This document shows positions 50,085-61,298 of a stretch of 64,000 nucleotides of DNA, piece after piece. The stretch is from contig JBFWJC010000001.1 in NCBI GenBank assembly GCA_050253415.1, positions 936,679 to 1,000,678 of the forward strand, given 5' to 3'. Source of the DNA: Pedobacter sp. (GTDB lineage Bacteria; Desulfobacterota; Desulfuromonadia; Desulfuromonadales; Syntrophotaleaceae). Made by a program: the position numbers and the translations under genes. The first letter of the stretch is position 1; every line of letters starts with the position of its first letter. The notes under the pieces were generated by a model. It saw only the letters and a list, made by a program, of their open reading frames with translations. It was not told the origin of the DNA and did no database searches.

Positions 50085-50582
50085 ATGACGCGACAAGCAA
50101 AGCGCAACGAACAGGGCAGTGCGCTACTTATGGTGTTGATGGCCATTGTGGTTATGGGCCTGACGCTGGGAGTTGCAGGAAGTTCCTGGAAGACCATCGT
50201 ACAACGGGAGCGCGAGCAAGAGCTGTATTTTCGCGGCGACCAATATCGGCGAGCCATTGCCGATTATCATAACGCCTGGGGTGTTTATCCCAAGCGGCTG
50301 GAGGATTTGCTCGAAGATCGTCGCGCCCTTTATGTGCAGCGTCACATTCGGCGTCTATATTCTGACCCCATGACGGGGAGGCCTTTCGAGCTGGTCCGTG
50401 ATGATGCCGGGACCATAAAAGGGGTTTATAGCGCCGACGAGGGCCAACCTTTCCGTCGAGACGGTTTTCCCCCTGAGTACGAAGCCTTTGTCAAGGCCAC
50501 CAGCTATCGGGACTGGGTGTTTCTGTTCGAGCCGGGACAGGATCAGGAGGGGACGCAAGAACCCGTGGATTCGGCTCGGTAA
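50085..50582 (+). CDS. Type II secretion pseudopilin-like protein
   Basis: KRNEQG|SALLMVL hydrophobic helix, REREQEL..RG..YR.AI..Y, YP..LEDLL, R.LY.DPM. Confidence 0.8.
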   Translation: MTRQAKRNEQGSALLMVLMAIVVMGLTLGVAGSSWKTIVQREREQELYFRGDQYRRAIADYHNAWGVYPKRLEDLLEDRRALYVQRHIRRLYSDPMTGRPFELVRDDAGTIKGVYSADEGQPFRRDGFPPEYEAFVKATSYRDWVFLFEPGQDQEGTQEPVDSAR

Positions 50583-50675
50583 GCGCGTTGAAGGCATTTG
50601 TGAGGCGTTGACATTGAACGAGACGTGGTGTTATCTTCTTGTGTTTTGAATATGTTTTTATGAGAGGGGGGCGCC

Positions 50676-52031
50676 ATGGATCAGAAACTGCAAATGCTTC
50701 TGGAGACTGTTAAAAAGCTTATCCGGCGTGGAGCTTACGCAAACCTGTCCAAAGTCCTCAGTAAAACACATCCTGCCGATGTGGCCCACCTTTTCCCCTA
50801 TCTGACACCCAAGGAACAGCAGACGCTGTTCAATCTGATCGAGGATACCGAAACCGCTGCCAGCGTGCTGTCGGAACTCGATTACGTAAGCGGTGCTCAA
50901 TTACTTGAAAAAATCGGTCAGGAGGCCATCACCGAAGTCCTTCAGGAGATGCCGTACGACGACGCCGTTGAAATCATCCGTAACATGCCCGAGGAGATCG
51001 CCGAAGAAATCCTCAGTACCATGAAGGATGAGCATTCGGAAGAGATCGAGCAGTTGCTGAAGTACGAAGAGGACACTGCCGGCGGCATTATGTCGACGGA
51101 GTTCTTCTGTCTGACCGAAGACACGACCGTGCAGCAGGCCATCGATGCGTTGCAGCAGGCCAAAGACGTGGAGATGGTCTTTTACCTGTATGTCGTCGAT
51201 CGCCACAATCATCTGGTCGGGGTGTTGTCGCTGCGCCAGTTGCTGATGGTGTCGCCTTCCAAGATACTCAAAGATATCATGGTCACGGACGTGATCAGCG
51301 TGCGTACCAACAAAGATCAGGAAGAAGTCGCGCAACTGGTTGAGAGATACAATATACTGGCTTTGCCGGTCGTGGACGAGTGGAACAAGCTGGTCGGACT
51401 GATCACCGTCGATGACGTCATCGATGTCTTGCGCGAGGAAGCTACCGAAGATATCTACAAGATGGCCGGTGCCAGCGAGGAGGAGTTGCTTTACGGTGAT
51501 AAGTCTTTCCAGGTTGCCCGACTGCGCTTGCCGTGGCTGATTACCAATCTGTTCGGCGGAATCATTACCGGTTACCTCATGTGGCGTTTCAAGGTAACGC
51601 TTGAAGCGGTCATTGCCCTGATTACCTTTATCCCGGTTATCACCGGTATGGGTGGCAATGTCGGCGGGCAGTCGGCCACCATCGTGGTGCGCGGTTTCGC
51701 GACCGGCGCCATCGATTTTTCCTGCTTGCGCAAAGTCTTTCTTAAGGAATTGCGGGTAGGTGTGATTATGGGGACAGTGTGCGGTTTGACCGTCGGACTG
51801 GTAGCTTACCTGTGGCACCATAATCTGTATCTGGGACTGGTGGTCGGATTGGCCATGGTTTCGGCCATGACCGTGGCGGCAACCATGGGGGTGATGGCGC
51901 CAAGCTTTTTTAAGCGGGTCGGTATCGATCCCGCTATTGCATCCAGCCCGTTTGTGCAGACGGCCAACGACATTACCGGTATCCTGATTTATTTCGGTAC
52001 CGCCACAGTGTTTTTGTCCCATCTTCATTGA
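50676..52031 (+). CDS. mgtE: Magnesium transporter MgtE
   Basis: HPADVA, TAGGIM, CBS pair, GMGGNVGGQS, DPAIAS.PFV.T.ND. Confidence 0.96.
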   Translation: MDQKLQMLLETVKKLIRRGAYANLSKVLSKTHPADVAHLFPYLTPKEQQTLFNLIEDTETAASVLSELDYVSGAQLLEKIGQEAITEVLQEMPYDDAVEIIRNMPEEIAEEILSTMKDEHSEEIEQLLKYEEDTAGGIMSTEFFCLTEDTTVQQAIDALQQAKDVEMVFYLYVVDRHNHLVGVLSLRQLLMVSPSKILKDIMVTDVISVRTNKDQEEVAQLVERYNILALPVVDEWNKLVGLITVDDVIDVLREEATEDIYKMAGASEEELLYGDKSFQVARLRLPWLITNLFGGIITGYLMWRFKVTLEAVIALITFIPVITGMGGNVGGQSATIVVRGFATGAIDFSCLRKVFLKELRVGVIMGTVCGLTVGLVAYLWHHNLYLGLVVGLAMVSAMTVAATMGVMAPSFFKRVGIDPAIASSPFVQTANDITGILIYFGTATVFLSHLH

Positions 52032-52232
52032 CAAATGTCAGAGGGGACCGTCTGGGGTGTTTGTCCTTGATTTCGATCCTGTTTGTGCCGCACAACCATG
52101 AGGTCGCTGTGTTCCACGGGCGATAAAAAGGCTGTATGTGAAACCCGGTTTGGTGATAACCGGCTTAAGTGTGTGAATTTTAGCGGATGTCTGGTTTTTT
52201 GCCGGTGAGCATTTAGGAGGTACGCTGGCGTC

Positions 52233-53009
52233 ATGGAATCCTATTCTTCGGATGCAGTGATTCTGCATCATCTGGATTACGGCGAGGCTGATCGCATCGT
52301 CACTTTTTTTAGTCTTGAGCGCGGCCTGGTCAAGGGCTTTGCGCGTCAGGCGCGCAAAAGTCGAAAACGTTTCGGTGCCGCTCTGGAGCCGTTTTCCACC
52401 GTCCATGTTCGTTGGCAGACTCAGCGGGGCGGGGATCTTGTGACGATTCAGGATGCCGATCTTATCGACCTGCGTGCCGGCTTGAGGCACAATCTGCTGG
52501 CCTTGGCGTTGGCTGCTTACGGTTGTGAATTGATTGAAAATCTGCTGGGCGAAATCGGGCCCCAGCCGGAGGCTTACCAGCTTTTGAACGCTTTTCTCAA
52601 TCATGTTCATCGTCAAGGTGGTTCGCCGGATGCCCGTCTTATATTTGAGTTGCGCATGCTGTACCTTGCAGGGTATGAACCGCACCTCCTTCATTGCTCG
52701 CGATGCGGGGGGCCGGTAAGTACTGAGCAGGTGGCTTTTTCCGCTTCTCTTGGTGGCGGTCTTTGTCTGGATTGTGTCGGCGGGGCCGATGTGCAGCGTC
52801 TTTCACCTCTGTCTCTGGGGACCCTTTCGCGTATTTTGCAGGCACCGCCTACGCTTTTCGAGGGTTTTCGTTTCGGTCCGCAGACCCTGCAGGAAGGCGG
52901 CAATGCGGTGACTTCAATGCTGAAGCAGCATCTGTGTCGTCCGATGAAATCGTTATCCTTTCTCAATCAGTTGTCCGAAGGAAGCAGGCGCGTTTCTGCC
53001 ATACGCTAG
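52233..53009 (+). CDS. recO: DNA repair protein RecO
   Basis: DYGEADRIV, ARKSRKRFG..LEPF, C..CG...GG..C..C zinc finger. Confidence 0.95.
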   Translation: MESYSSDAVILHHLDYGEADRIVTFFSLERGLVKGFARQARKSRKRFGAALEPFSTVHVRWQTQRGGDLVTIQDADLIDLRAGLRHNLLALALAAYGCELIENLLGEIGPQPEAYQLLNAFLNHVHRQGGSPDARLIFELRMLYLAGYEPHLLHCSRCGGPVSTEQVAFSASLGGGLCLDCVGGADVQRLSPLSLGTLSRILQAPPTLFEGFRFGPQTLQEGGNAVTSMLKQHLCRPMKSLSFLNQLSEGSRRVSAIR

Positions 53010-53345
53010 TGGCCCGGATAGAACGGGATAGGGCCGCTCTCGTTTTATGGGAGCCATGGAAAACCGGTCTCCGGACCCGGAGAAAACAGTGACTTCGGGT
53101 GCTCAGTTGCAGTCAAGTTGTTGTTTTGATAGTTGTTTTTGTGATGCAGTTCAGAGTGCCATACCTAAACATGCAGCGCATCTTACGTCGGTTGCGGCCC
53201 CAAATAGTTGGCGGGGCGCGGCGTCAAACGGGTTGACAGATTTGGCGCAATCAGGCTAAGCTTGCCTGCTCAAATGATCGTGTATCCCGAATCCGGCGGA
53301 TGCGGCCCATGAGCAGGGTTGCCGCGGGTCGGGCCTGGAGGTTTT

Positions 53346-54218
53346 GTGACTTTTCAAGAACTGATCCTTGCTTTGCAGAATTACTGGGCCAAGCAAGGTT
53401 GTATCATCCAGCAGCCCTACGATATGGAAAAAGGTGCGGGGACGTTCAATCCCGCTACATTCTTGCGTGTGCTCGGTCCCGAGCCGTGGAATGTGGCCTA
53501 TGTCGAGCCTTCCCGGCGTCCGACGGATGGACGCTATGGTGAAAATCCCAATCGCCTTCAACATTATTACCAGTTCCAGGTCATCATGAAGCCTTCGCCC
53601 ATGAATATCCAGGAACTGTACCTCGATTCTCTCAAGAGTTTCGGCATCAGTCCTTCGCGACATGATATCCGTTTCGTCGAGGATGACTGGGAATCGCCAA
53701 CCCTCGGCGCCTGGGGTCTTGGCTGGGAAGTGTGGCTGGACGGCATGGAAATTACTCAGTTTACGTATTTTCAGCAGGTCGGCGGTATCGATTTGAAGCC
53801 GGTTTCGGCTGAAATCACCTATGGCTGTGAGCGTATTGCCATGTATCTGCAAGGTGTCGACAATGTCTATGACCTTGAGTGGATCGATGGTATCAAATAC
53901 GGCGATGTCCACCATCAGTCCGAGGTGGAATTTTCGACCTATAATTTTGAAGAGGCCGATGCCGGGATGCTGTTCCAGCTCTTCGATATGTATGAAAAGG
54001 AATGTACCCGCATCGCAAAGCGACAGCTTGTATTGCCCGCCTACGATTTTGTGTTGAAGGCTTCGCATGCGTTCAACCTGCTGGATGCGCGAGGCGCTAT
54101 TTCCGTGACTGAGCGGGCGCACTATATCGGCCGGGTCCGGAACCTGGCGCGAATGTGTGCCGAAGGCTATGTGGCCCAACGGGAGAAACTTGGTTTCCCC
54201 TTGATCAAGGGCCGGTAA
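53346..54218 (+). CDS. glyQ: Glycine--tRNA ligase alpha subunit
   Basis: [49 protein letters not shown] before GTG 53346. Confidence 0.97.
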   Translation: MTFQELILALQNYWAKQGCIIQQPYDMEKGAGTFNPATFLRVLGPEPWNVAYVEPSRRPTDGRYGENPNRLQHYYQFQVIMKPSPMNIQELYLDSLKSFGISPSRHDIRFVEDDWESPTLGAWGLGWEVWLDGMEITQFTYFQQVGGIDLKPVSAEITYGCERIAMYLQGVDNVYDLEWIDGIKYGDVHHQSEVEFSTYNFEEADAGMLFQLFDMYEKECTRIAKRQLVLPAYDFVLKASHAFNLLDARGAISVTERAHYIGRVRNLARMCAEGYVAQREKLGFPLIKGR

Positions 54219-54295
54219 CTTCCTTGTACAAAGGTAACCGCGCCACGGAAAATCCGTTTTCCGTGGCTTGCTTTTTTTGAGATGATGGAGCGCTC

Positions 54296-56362
54296 ATGTC
54301 TGCTGAACTGTTCCTGGAAATTGGCACAGAAGAAATTCCCGCCGGGTTTTTGCCGCCGGCCATGGCTGATCTTGAACGGCTGATGCGCAAAGAACTCGAA
54401 GCCGGTCGTATCGGTTTTGAGACGGTCCGAACCTTTGCCACGCCGCGCCGCCTGGTTCTGGCGGTGAGTGGTATGGCGCTTGAGCAGGCCCGTCAGGAAG
54501 TAACGGCTGCCGGTCCTTCCGTGGCTGTGGCGTTTGATGCCGACGGTAATCCGACCAAGGCTGCCCTGGGCTTTGCCCGAGGCAATGGCGTGGAGGTGTC
54601 GGAACTCGAACGCCGGCAGACCGATAAAGGCGAATATCTATACGTTTCCAAAGTTGTCGAGGGTCGCCCGACCAGCGAATTGCTGCCTGAACTTCTGCCG
54701 CGCCTGATCGATGCCATTCCGTTCAAGAAGTCGATGCGCTGGAAGGACCTTGATATTCGTTTTGCCCGTCCCGTGCACTGGATCGTGGCATTGTTCGGCG
54801 GTCAGGTGGTCCCCTTCTGCTACGGCAATTTGAACAGTGGCAATGTTTCTTTCGGTCACCGCTTCATGGCGCCCGGAGCGTTTGAAGTCACCAGCCTGGA
54901 CCAATATCTTGTAGACGCTGAAAAACAGTTTGTGATCGTTGATCCGGTCCGCCGCCGCCAGCTCATCGCGGAGCAGCTTGACGAAGTTGTCGGCCGCACC
55001 GGGGGTAAGCTCAATCCGGATGACGATCTGCTCGACGAAGTTGCTTTTCTGGTGGAATATCCTACCGCGGTCATGGGTGGCTTTGAAAAAAACTACCTGC
55101 AACTGCCGCCGGAACTGCTGATTACCGTTATGCGTGAACATCAGCGTTATTTCACTGTGGTCGATGAGCAGGGCAAGTTGTTACCGCGCTTCATTACGAT
55201 TTCCAATACCCGTGTCGAAGACCTGTCCGTGGTGCAGCAGGGCAACGAAAGAGTGTTGCGCGCCCGGTTATCCGATGCCATGTTCTTTTGGAATGAGGAT
55301 CGCAAGCAAAAGCTGGAAAGCCGACTGGAGGCTTTGAAAAACGTCGTTTATCAAGCCAAACTCGGCACCAGCTATGAGAAAGTCATGCGGTTTAAAACGC
55401 TGGCTGTGGAGCTTGCCCGTCAGCAGGTGCCTGAAGTGGCTGAGTTGACCGAACGGGCGGCGCTGTTGGCCAAGTGTGATCTCGAAACCGGCATGGTTTT
55501 TGAATTTACAGAGCTGCAGGGTGTCATGGGAAGGGAGTACGCGTTGCTCGATGGTGAAGATCCGCGTGTGGCTCGCGCGATCTTTGAGCACTACCTGCCT
55601 GTGCAGGCAGGGGGCGAACTTCCGAGTGACGATATCGGGGCGTTTGTCTCCATCGCCGATAAGATCGATTCGATCTGCGGCTGTTTTGGTGTGGGACTGA
55701 TTCCTACCGGTACCGCCGATCCGTTCGCCTTGCGCCGCAGTGCCATCGGTATTCTCAATATCATCCTGGAGCGTGGTTACCGCTTGTCTCTGGTTGCATT
55801 GGTTGAGCGCAGCCTGGTCTTGCTGGGCGACAAGCTCACCCGGCCCGCTGCCGAGGTGGCTGCCGAGGTTCTGGAGTTCATCCGCATGCGGTTCTTCAAC
55901 ATGCTGACTTCCCAGGGGCAACCCAATGATATGGTCGATGCCGTGCTGAGCGCTGCATTTGACGATCCGCTCGACGCTTTACAACGCGTTACAGGCTTAT
56001 CCAGCTTCCGTGAGGAGGGTGAATTTGAGGCCTTGGCCGTGACCTTTAAACGGGTGGTCAATATCGTCAAATCCGGCATCGAAACGCCTGTCGATGTCGC
56101 CCTGTTCGAGGCTGACTGCGAAGGCCAGTTGCTGGAAGCATTGCAACGCGTGTCCGGGAAATTTGAACAATATGTTGCAAATGGCGCCTATCTGGACGCT
56201 TTGCGCACGGCGGGTGAACTGCGTTCGCCTGTAGATGCCTTGTTTGAAGGAGTCATGGTCATGTCTCCCGACGAGGCGGTTAAAAACAACCGACTTGCTT
56301 TGTTGACTGTCGTAGCCCGACTTTTTCAGGGAATTGCGGATTTTTCAAAAATCGCGGCCTGA
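54296..56362 (+). CDS. glyS: Glycine--tRNA ligase beta subunit
   Basis: LEIGTEEIP, TPRRL, F.RPVHW, GNERVLRARL.DA, EF.ELQG.MG, DPFALRR. Confidence 0.97.
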   Translation: MSAELFLEIGTEEIPAGFLPPAMADLERLMRKELEAGRIGFETVRTFATPRRLVLAVSGMALEQARQEVTAAGPSVAVAFDADGNPTKAALGFARGNGVEVSELERRQTDKGEYLYVSKVVEGRPTSELLPELLPRLIDAIPFKKSMRWKDLDIRFARPVHWIVALFGGQVVPFCYGNLNSGNVSFGHRFMAPGAFEVTSLDQYLVDAEKQFVIVDPVRRRQLIAEQLDEVVGRTGGKLNPDDDLLDEVAFLVEYPTAVMGGFEKNYLQLPPELLITVMREHQRYFTVVDEQGKLLPRFITISNTRVEDLSVVQQGNERVLRARLSDAMFFWNEDRKQKLESRLEALKNVVYQAKLGTSYEKVMRFKTLAVELARQQVPEVAELTERAALLAKCDLETGMVFEFTELQGVMGREYALLDGEDPRVARAIFEHYLPVQAGGELPSDDIGAFVSIADKIDSICGCFGVGLIPTGTADPFALRRSAIGILNIILERGYRLSLVALVERSLVLLGDKLTRPAAEVAAEVLEFIRMRFFNMLTSQGQPNDMVDAVLSAAFDDPLDALQRVTGLSSFREEGEFEALAVTFKRVVNIVKSGIETPVDVALFEADCEGQLLEALQRVSGKFEQYVANGAYLDALRTAGELRSPVDALFEGVMVMSPDEAVKNNRLALLTVVARLFQGIADFSKIAA

Positions 56363-56446
56363 GCGATTTTGAAAACAATCGCTGATCCGGTGTTCAACTT
56401 TCCGGTTGAATAACCGAATACCAAATCCTTCAGGAGGAACTCTCTC

Positions 56447-59113
56447 ATGGCTGTAAAGTACGTATACTTCTTCGGCGCAAATCAGACCGAAGGCGGTGGC
56501 CAAATGCGCAATCTGCTCGGCGGCAAGGGCGCCAATCTCGCGGAGATGACGGCCATCGGCTTGCCTGTGCCCGCTGGTTTCACCCTCACTACCGAGCTTT
56601 GCACCGAATTCTATCGCAACGACCGTCGCTATCCCGATGGTGTCAGCGAAGAAGTGTCAGAGAACCTGGCCAAGCTTGAATTGGCTATGGATAAGCGGTT
56701 TGGCGACTCCGTCAATCCGTTGTTACTGTCGGTTCGTTCCGGTAGTCGCGCCTCCATGCCGGGTATGATGGACACGGTTCTTAACCTGGGACTTAACGAC
56801 ACCACCGTGCAGGGTCTGATCGACCAGAGTGGCGATGCCCGTTTTGCTTATGATTCCTACCGGCGCTTTATCCAGATGTACTCCAATGTCGTTTTGGGTA
56901 TGGATGGAGACGTGCTTGAGCATATTTTTGAAAATATGAAAGAAGCACGCGGTGTCGCTCTCGATACCGAACTCAGTGCCGATGACCTTAAGCAGCTGGT
57001 AGCGCTGTTCAAGGCCAAGGTTAAAGAGACCCTCAACCGCGAGTTCCCCGAAGATCCCAAGGAGCAGTTGTGGGGGGCCATTAACGCGGTATTCGGCTCA
57101 TGGATGAATCCGCGCGCCATGACTTATCGCAAACTCAACAACATCCCTGCCGACTGGGGCACTGCGGTTAACGTGCAGGCCATGGTCTTTGGTAACATGG
57201 GTAATGATTGCGCCACCGGCGTAGCCTTCACGCGGAATCCGTCTACCGGCGAGAATTACTTTTTCGGTGAATTTCTGCTCAATGCCCAGGGCGAAGACGT
57301 GGTCGCCGGCATTCGTACTCCGCAGCCTATCGACAAGGACAGCAGCGATGGCCACCTCCCCTCCCTTGAGGAAGTGATGCCCGAGTGCTATCAGCAATTG
57401 CTGGATATCCGCCAACTTCTTGAAAAACATTACCGCGACATGCAGGATATAGAGTTCACCATCGAAAAAGACAAACTCTATATGCTGCAGACCCGTAATG
57501 GCAAACGCACCGCTACCGCGGCTGTCAAGATTGCCGTGGATATGGTGGCAGAAGGTCTGATCGATAAAAAGGAGGCAGTACTGCGCGTAGCTCCTGAACA
57601 ACTCGATCAACTGTTGCATCCCTCCCTTGACCCCAAGGCTTGTAAGGACATCATCGCAACCGGACTGCCGGCTTCTCCCGGTGCCGCCAGCGGTGAGATC
57701 GTGTTCTCGGCCGAGGATGCAGAGAATGCTGCCAAGCTTGGCCTCAAGGTTATCCTGGTACGTATCGAAACCAGTCCCGAAGATATCCATGGCATGAACG
57801 CTGCGCAGGGGATCCTGACTGCCCGTGGCGGCATGACTTCCCACGCTGCCGTCGTAGCGCGCGGCATGGGCAAATGCTGTGTGGCCGGGTGCGGTTCCAT
57901 CAAAGTCGACTACAAGGCACAGTTGTTCACCTCTGAAAAAGGCGAAGTTTTCAAAAAAGGCGATGTCATAACCCTCGACGGTTCCACCGGTGAAGTTATG
58001 AAGGGCTTCGTCGATACGGTACAGCCGACGCTGACCGGTGATTTCGGCAAGCTGATGGAGTGGGTTGACCAATATCGCCGACTGCGGGTCCGCACCAATG
58101 CTGATACGCCGAATGACGCTGCCGTGGCACGTGGGTTCGGGGCTGAAGGTATCGGTTTGTGCCGTACCGAGCATATGTTCTTCGAGGGCGATCGCATCAT
58201 GGCGGTGCGCGAGATGATTCTCGCCGAGGATGTCGAGGGACGCAAACATGCGCTGGGCAAAATACTGCCTATGCAGAAGGGGGATTTCCTCGGCCTGTTC
58301 CGGGAAATGAAGGGACTTCCGGTTACCATCCGTCTGCTTGATCCGCCGCTGCACGAGTTCCTGCCTCATACCGATAAGGACCAGGAAGAGCTGGCCGTCA
58401 TCATGGATGTGCCCGCCAAGGTTCTTAAGCAGAAGGTCGATTATCTGCATGAATTCAATCCGATGCTCGGTCATCGCGGCTGCCGTTTGGGGGTTACTTT
58501 CCCGGAAATTTACGACATGCAGGTTCAGGCCATCATGGAAGCAGCTTGCGAACTGATTGCCGAGGAAGGTTTTGAAATTGTACCGGAGATCATGATCCCG
58601 CTGGTCGGTCACGTTGCCGAGCTTAAAATGCTGCGCGCTCGGGCCATCCGAGTGGCCGATGACGTGATTGCGCGTTACGGCGTGCAAGTGACGTATCTTA
58701 TCGGCACCATGATCGAGCTGCCGCGTGCCGCTCTTACCGCCGATGAAATTGCCACCGAAGCAGAATTTTTCTCATTCGGTACCAATGATTTGACCCAGAC
58801 CACCTTCGGACTGTCTCGTGATGACGCCGGGAAATTCCTGCCCTTCTACGTGCAGCGTGATATTCTTCCCAACGATCCGTTCGTGGTTCTTGATCAGGAC
58901 GGAGTCGGGCAGTTGGTGCGTATCGGTTGCGAAAAGGGTCGCAAGACCCGGCCCGGAATCAAACTGGGGATCTGCGGCGAGCACGGTGGCGATCCTGCCA
59001 GTGTTATTTTCTGTCACAACGCGGGGCTTGACTACGTTTCCTGCTCTCCCTATCGGGTGCCTATTGCCCGGCTTGCAGCGGCCCATGCGGCTTTGCTTGA
59101 GGAGCGCGGGTAA
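56447..59113 (+). CDS. ppdK: Pyruvate, phosphate dikinase
   Basis: LGGKGANLAEM, SMPGMMDT, GGMTSHAAVVAR, GIGLCRTEHMF, FSFGTNDLTQ, GICGEHGG. Confidence 0.98.
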   Translation: MAVKYVYFFGANQTEGGGQMRNLLGGKGANLAEMTAIGLPVPAGFTLTTELCTEFYRNDRRYPDGVSEEVSENLAKLELAMDKRFGDSVNPLLLSVRSGSRASMPGMMDTVLNLGLNDTTVQGLIDQSGDARFAYDSYRRFIQMYSNVVLGMDGDVLEHIFENMKEARGVALDTELSADDLKQLVALFKAKVKETLNREFPEDPKEQLWGAINAVFGSWMNPRAMTYRKLNNIPADWGTAVNVQAMVFGNMGNDCATGVAFTRNPSTGENYFFGEFLLNAQGEDVVAGIRTPQPIDKDSSDGHLPSLEEVMPECYQQLLDIRQLLEKHYRDMQDIEFTIEKDKLYMLQTRNGKRTATAAVKIAVDMVAEGLIDKKEAVLRVAPEQLDQLLHPSLDPKACKDIIATGLPASPGAASGEIVFSAEDAENAAKLGLKVILVRIETSPEDIHGMNAAQGILTARGGMTSHAAVVARGMGKCCVAGCGSIKVDYKAQLFTSEKGEVFKKGDVITLDGSTGEVMKGFVDTVQPTLTGDFGKLMEWVDQYRRLRVRTNADTPNDAAVARGFGAEGIGLCRTEHMFFEGDRIMAVREMILAEDVEGRKHALGKILPMQKGDFLGLFREMKGLPVTIRLLDPPLHEFLPHTDKDQEELAVIMDVPAKVLKQKVDYLHEFNPMLGHRGCRLGVTFPEIYDMQVQAIMEAACELIAEEGFEIVPEIMIPLVGHVAELKMLRARAIRVADDVIARYGVQVTYLIGTMIELPRAALTADEIATEAEFFSFGTNDLTQTTFGLSRDDAGKFLPFYVQRDILPNDPFVVLDQDGVGQLVRIGCEKGRKTRPGIKLGICGEHGGDPASVIFCHNAGLDYVSCSPYRVPIARLAAAHAALLEERG

Positions 59114-59148
59114 GTCATCTACCCCCCCCCTTAAAAAGGTGAACGTTG

Positions 59149-59181
59149 GCGGCCCCTGAAAATCGATCGGGGGCCGCTTTT
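59149..59181 (+). terminator. Terminator of ppdK
   Basis: gcggcccc...ggggccgc followed by tttt. Confidence 0.7.
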
Positions 59182-59322
59182 GATTCCGGCTGTTGCGCCG
59201 GGTACGATCTGTGTGACCCTTGACAGTCTCTGAGATGGGGTGATAAGTTCAAAGAACCATGTACTACGCTGTGCCACAGGGTCGCGTTTCCTGTGGTTTT
59301 TTCGTTGTTTTTGAGGAGATGT

Positions 59323-59757
59323 ATGAGTAAGCAGTTGACGGCAGGAGATTTTATCGAGGCTCGTTGCACCCGTTGCAAGGCCGTGACAAACCACACCATT
59401 ATCGCCCTGGTCGGCACTGTACCGGTAAGGGTGCGCTGCAATACCTGTGACGGGGACCACAACTACCGGGCTCCCAAAGTCAAGAGCGCCCCCAAGGCGA
59501 CGACGGCTAAAACCCGCCAGCCTGGTACCGCGCGCAAGCCCAAGGCGATACAGCAAGACGCCGAACAATGGCAACAAATTGCTACCCAACTTCAGTTAGG
59601 GCAGGCTGTAGCCTATAATATGAACCGTTCTTTCAAGATCAAAGAGGCTGTAAGCCATCCTACTTTTGGCGTTGGAATTGTGGTGGAGGTCTTTCCTCCC
59701 AATAAGGTCGAGATTCTTTTTGAAGCAGGACGCAAACTTCTGCGCTGCAAGCAGTAA
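59323..59757 (+). CDS. Conserved hypothetical protein: Zn-ribbon, basic linker, small beta domain
   Basis: CTRC...H, C.TC...H; C-terminal HPTFG.G.V...K.E.LF; GAGGAG RBS. Confidence 0.8.
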   Translation: MSKQLTAGDFIEARCTRCKAVTNHTIIALVGTVPVRVRCNTCDGDHNYRAPKVKSAPKATTAKTRQPGTARKPKAIQQDAEQWQQIATQLQLGQAVAYNMNRSFKIKEAVSHPTFGVGIVVEVFPPNKVEILFEAGRKLLRCKQ

Positions 59758-59892
59758 CCTTGTAATAAATTGCCGTATTCATAGCTTCGATTCTTTGGCC
59801 CTCGAACAAGGATGCAATCCATGCGTCTTTCTGTTTTGTGGGCCAAAGTTTTTAGGTGGTGACGTTGATGACGTGGAGGCGAGATAGAAGTT

Positions 59893-60570
59893 GTGAACTT
59901 ACCGGAGTTGCATAGTTGGGATATGGCGGCCAAAGAGGCCATCGCCCTGCAGAAACTGCTGGCACAAAGCATCTGCCTTGATACCCGGTTGCCGGAACCC
60001 GTTCGGTATGTGGCCGGTGTGGATGTTTCCTACCGTCTTGGTGGGGGTGAATTTTTCGCAGCCGTGGTGGTTTTGCATCTTCCGGACATGAAAATCGTCG
60101 AACAGGTCACAGCAAGCGCCAGGGGCACCTTTCCTTATATCCCCGGGTTATTGTCCTTCAGGGAACTGCCGGTGGTATTGCAAGCGTTCAAAAAACTGCA
60201 AACGATACCTGATGCGGTACTGGTGGACGGGCAAGGCGTCGCACACCCTCGTCATCTTGGGCTCGCAAGCCATCTTGGTTTATGGCTCGACCTGCCGACA
60301 GTCGGTTGCGCAAAAAGCAGGTTATGTGGTGAACACGATCCCCCTGACCGCCAGCGTGGCGGCCAGGTACCTTTAATGTTTGAAAATGCTATCGTGGGTA
60401 CCGTGTTGACTACACGCAGCGGTATCAAACCGCTGTATATATCACCTGGGCATCTGATCGATGTCCCGGCTTCCGCGAAGTTGGTTATGAATTGTCTTGG
60501 CCGTTATCGGCTGCCGGAGCCGACCCGCCTGGCTCATCACCTTGCCAACCAGGCGCGCCGCAGCGGATGA
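59893..60570 (+). CDS. nfi: Endonuclease V
   Basis: VAGVDVSY, FPYIPGLLSFRE, LVDGQG.AHPR, GCAKS, RLPEPTR.AH. Confidence 0.95.
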   Translation: MNLPELHSWDMAAKEAIALQKLLAQSICLDTRLPEPVRYVAGVDVSYRLGGGEFFAAVVVLHLPDMKIVEQVTASARGTFPYIPGLLSFRELPVVLQAFKKLQTIPDAVLVDGQGVAHPRHLGLASHLGLWLDLPTVGCAKSRLCGEHDPPDRQRGGQVPLMFENAIVGTVLTTRSGIKPLYISPGHLIDVPASAKLVMNCLGRYRLPEPTRLAHHLANQARRSG

Positions 60571-60622
60571 GCGGGGGCAGATTGTGGCAGTTTTTATCCT
60601 CCCCCCCCTTGTTTCAAAGTGG

Positions 60623-61276
60623 CTATTGTATGCCGATATTCAGCCAGTTTACCCCTTCAATTTCCGCAGTGATCTGATCCCCATGGACGACGGGGCCTAC
60701 CCCTGAGGGTGTGCCAGTGAGTAATATGTCGCCTTTTTCCAAGGTGAAAATAGCCGAGGCGGCGCTGAGCAGGGCAGGTATGCGATGGATCATGTCCGCC
60801 GTGTTGCCGTCCTGGCGGACCTCACCGTTGACGGATAAAATCATGCGCAATGCGTGGGGGTCCGGAACCCGGCTTGCAGGGACGAAGTCGGACAATGGGC
60901 AGGAGGTATCGAATCCCTTGGCTTGATCCCATGGCAGACCCTGTTCCTTGAGTCTTTGCTGGACATCACGCAGAGTCAGATCGATGCCGACGCCGTAACC
61001 GGCTACATGGTTCATGGCCTCCTGTTCCGGAATGTTTTTACCCCATTTGCCTATAAGTACGGCCAATTCGATTTCATGGTGGCAGAGTTGGCTGTAAGGG
61101 GGAATGATGGCGTTTTCCCGCGGACCGATAATGCTGCTGGACGGTTTGAGAAAGAAAACCGGTTCGCTGGGAGGTTCATTGCCGAGTTCGGTGGCGTGCG
61201 AACGGTAGTTGCGGGCTACGCAGAGGATTTTCCCGACCTGAAAAATTGAGTCATCGAGTAACCGGACAGTAAACAT
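60623..61276 (-). CDS. Fumarylacetoacetate hydrolase family protein
   Basis: RNY..H..E, FFLKP, HHEIEL, D.T.RD.Q, AKGFDT, LTGTPSGVG. Confidence 0.93.
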   Translation of the reverse strand: MFTVRLLDDSIFQVGKILCVARNYRSHATELGNEPPSEPVFFLKPSSSIIGPRENAIIPPYSQLCHHEIELAVLIGKWGKNIPEQEAMNHVAGYGVGIDLTLRDVQQRLKEQGLPWDQAKGFDTSCPLSDFVPASRVPDPHALRMILSVNGEVRQDGNTADMIHRIPALLSAASAIFTLEKGDILLTGTPSGVGPVVHGDQITAEIEGVNWLNIGIQ

Positions 61277-61298
61277 AACATTCCTCCTGAAAAAGTCC

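Noticed and set aside
50676..59113. mgtE-recO-glyQ-glyS-ppdK cluster as a novel system
   Set aside because: Ordinary housekeeping genes
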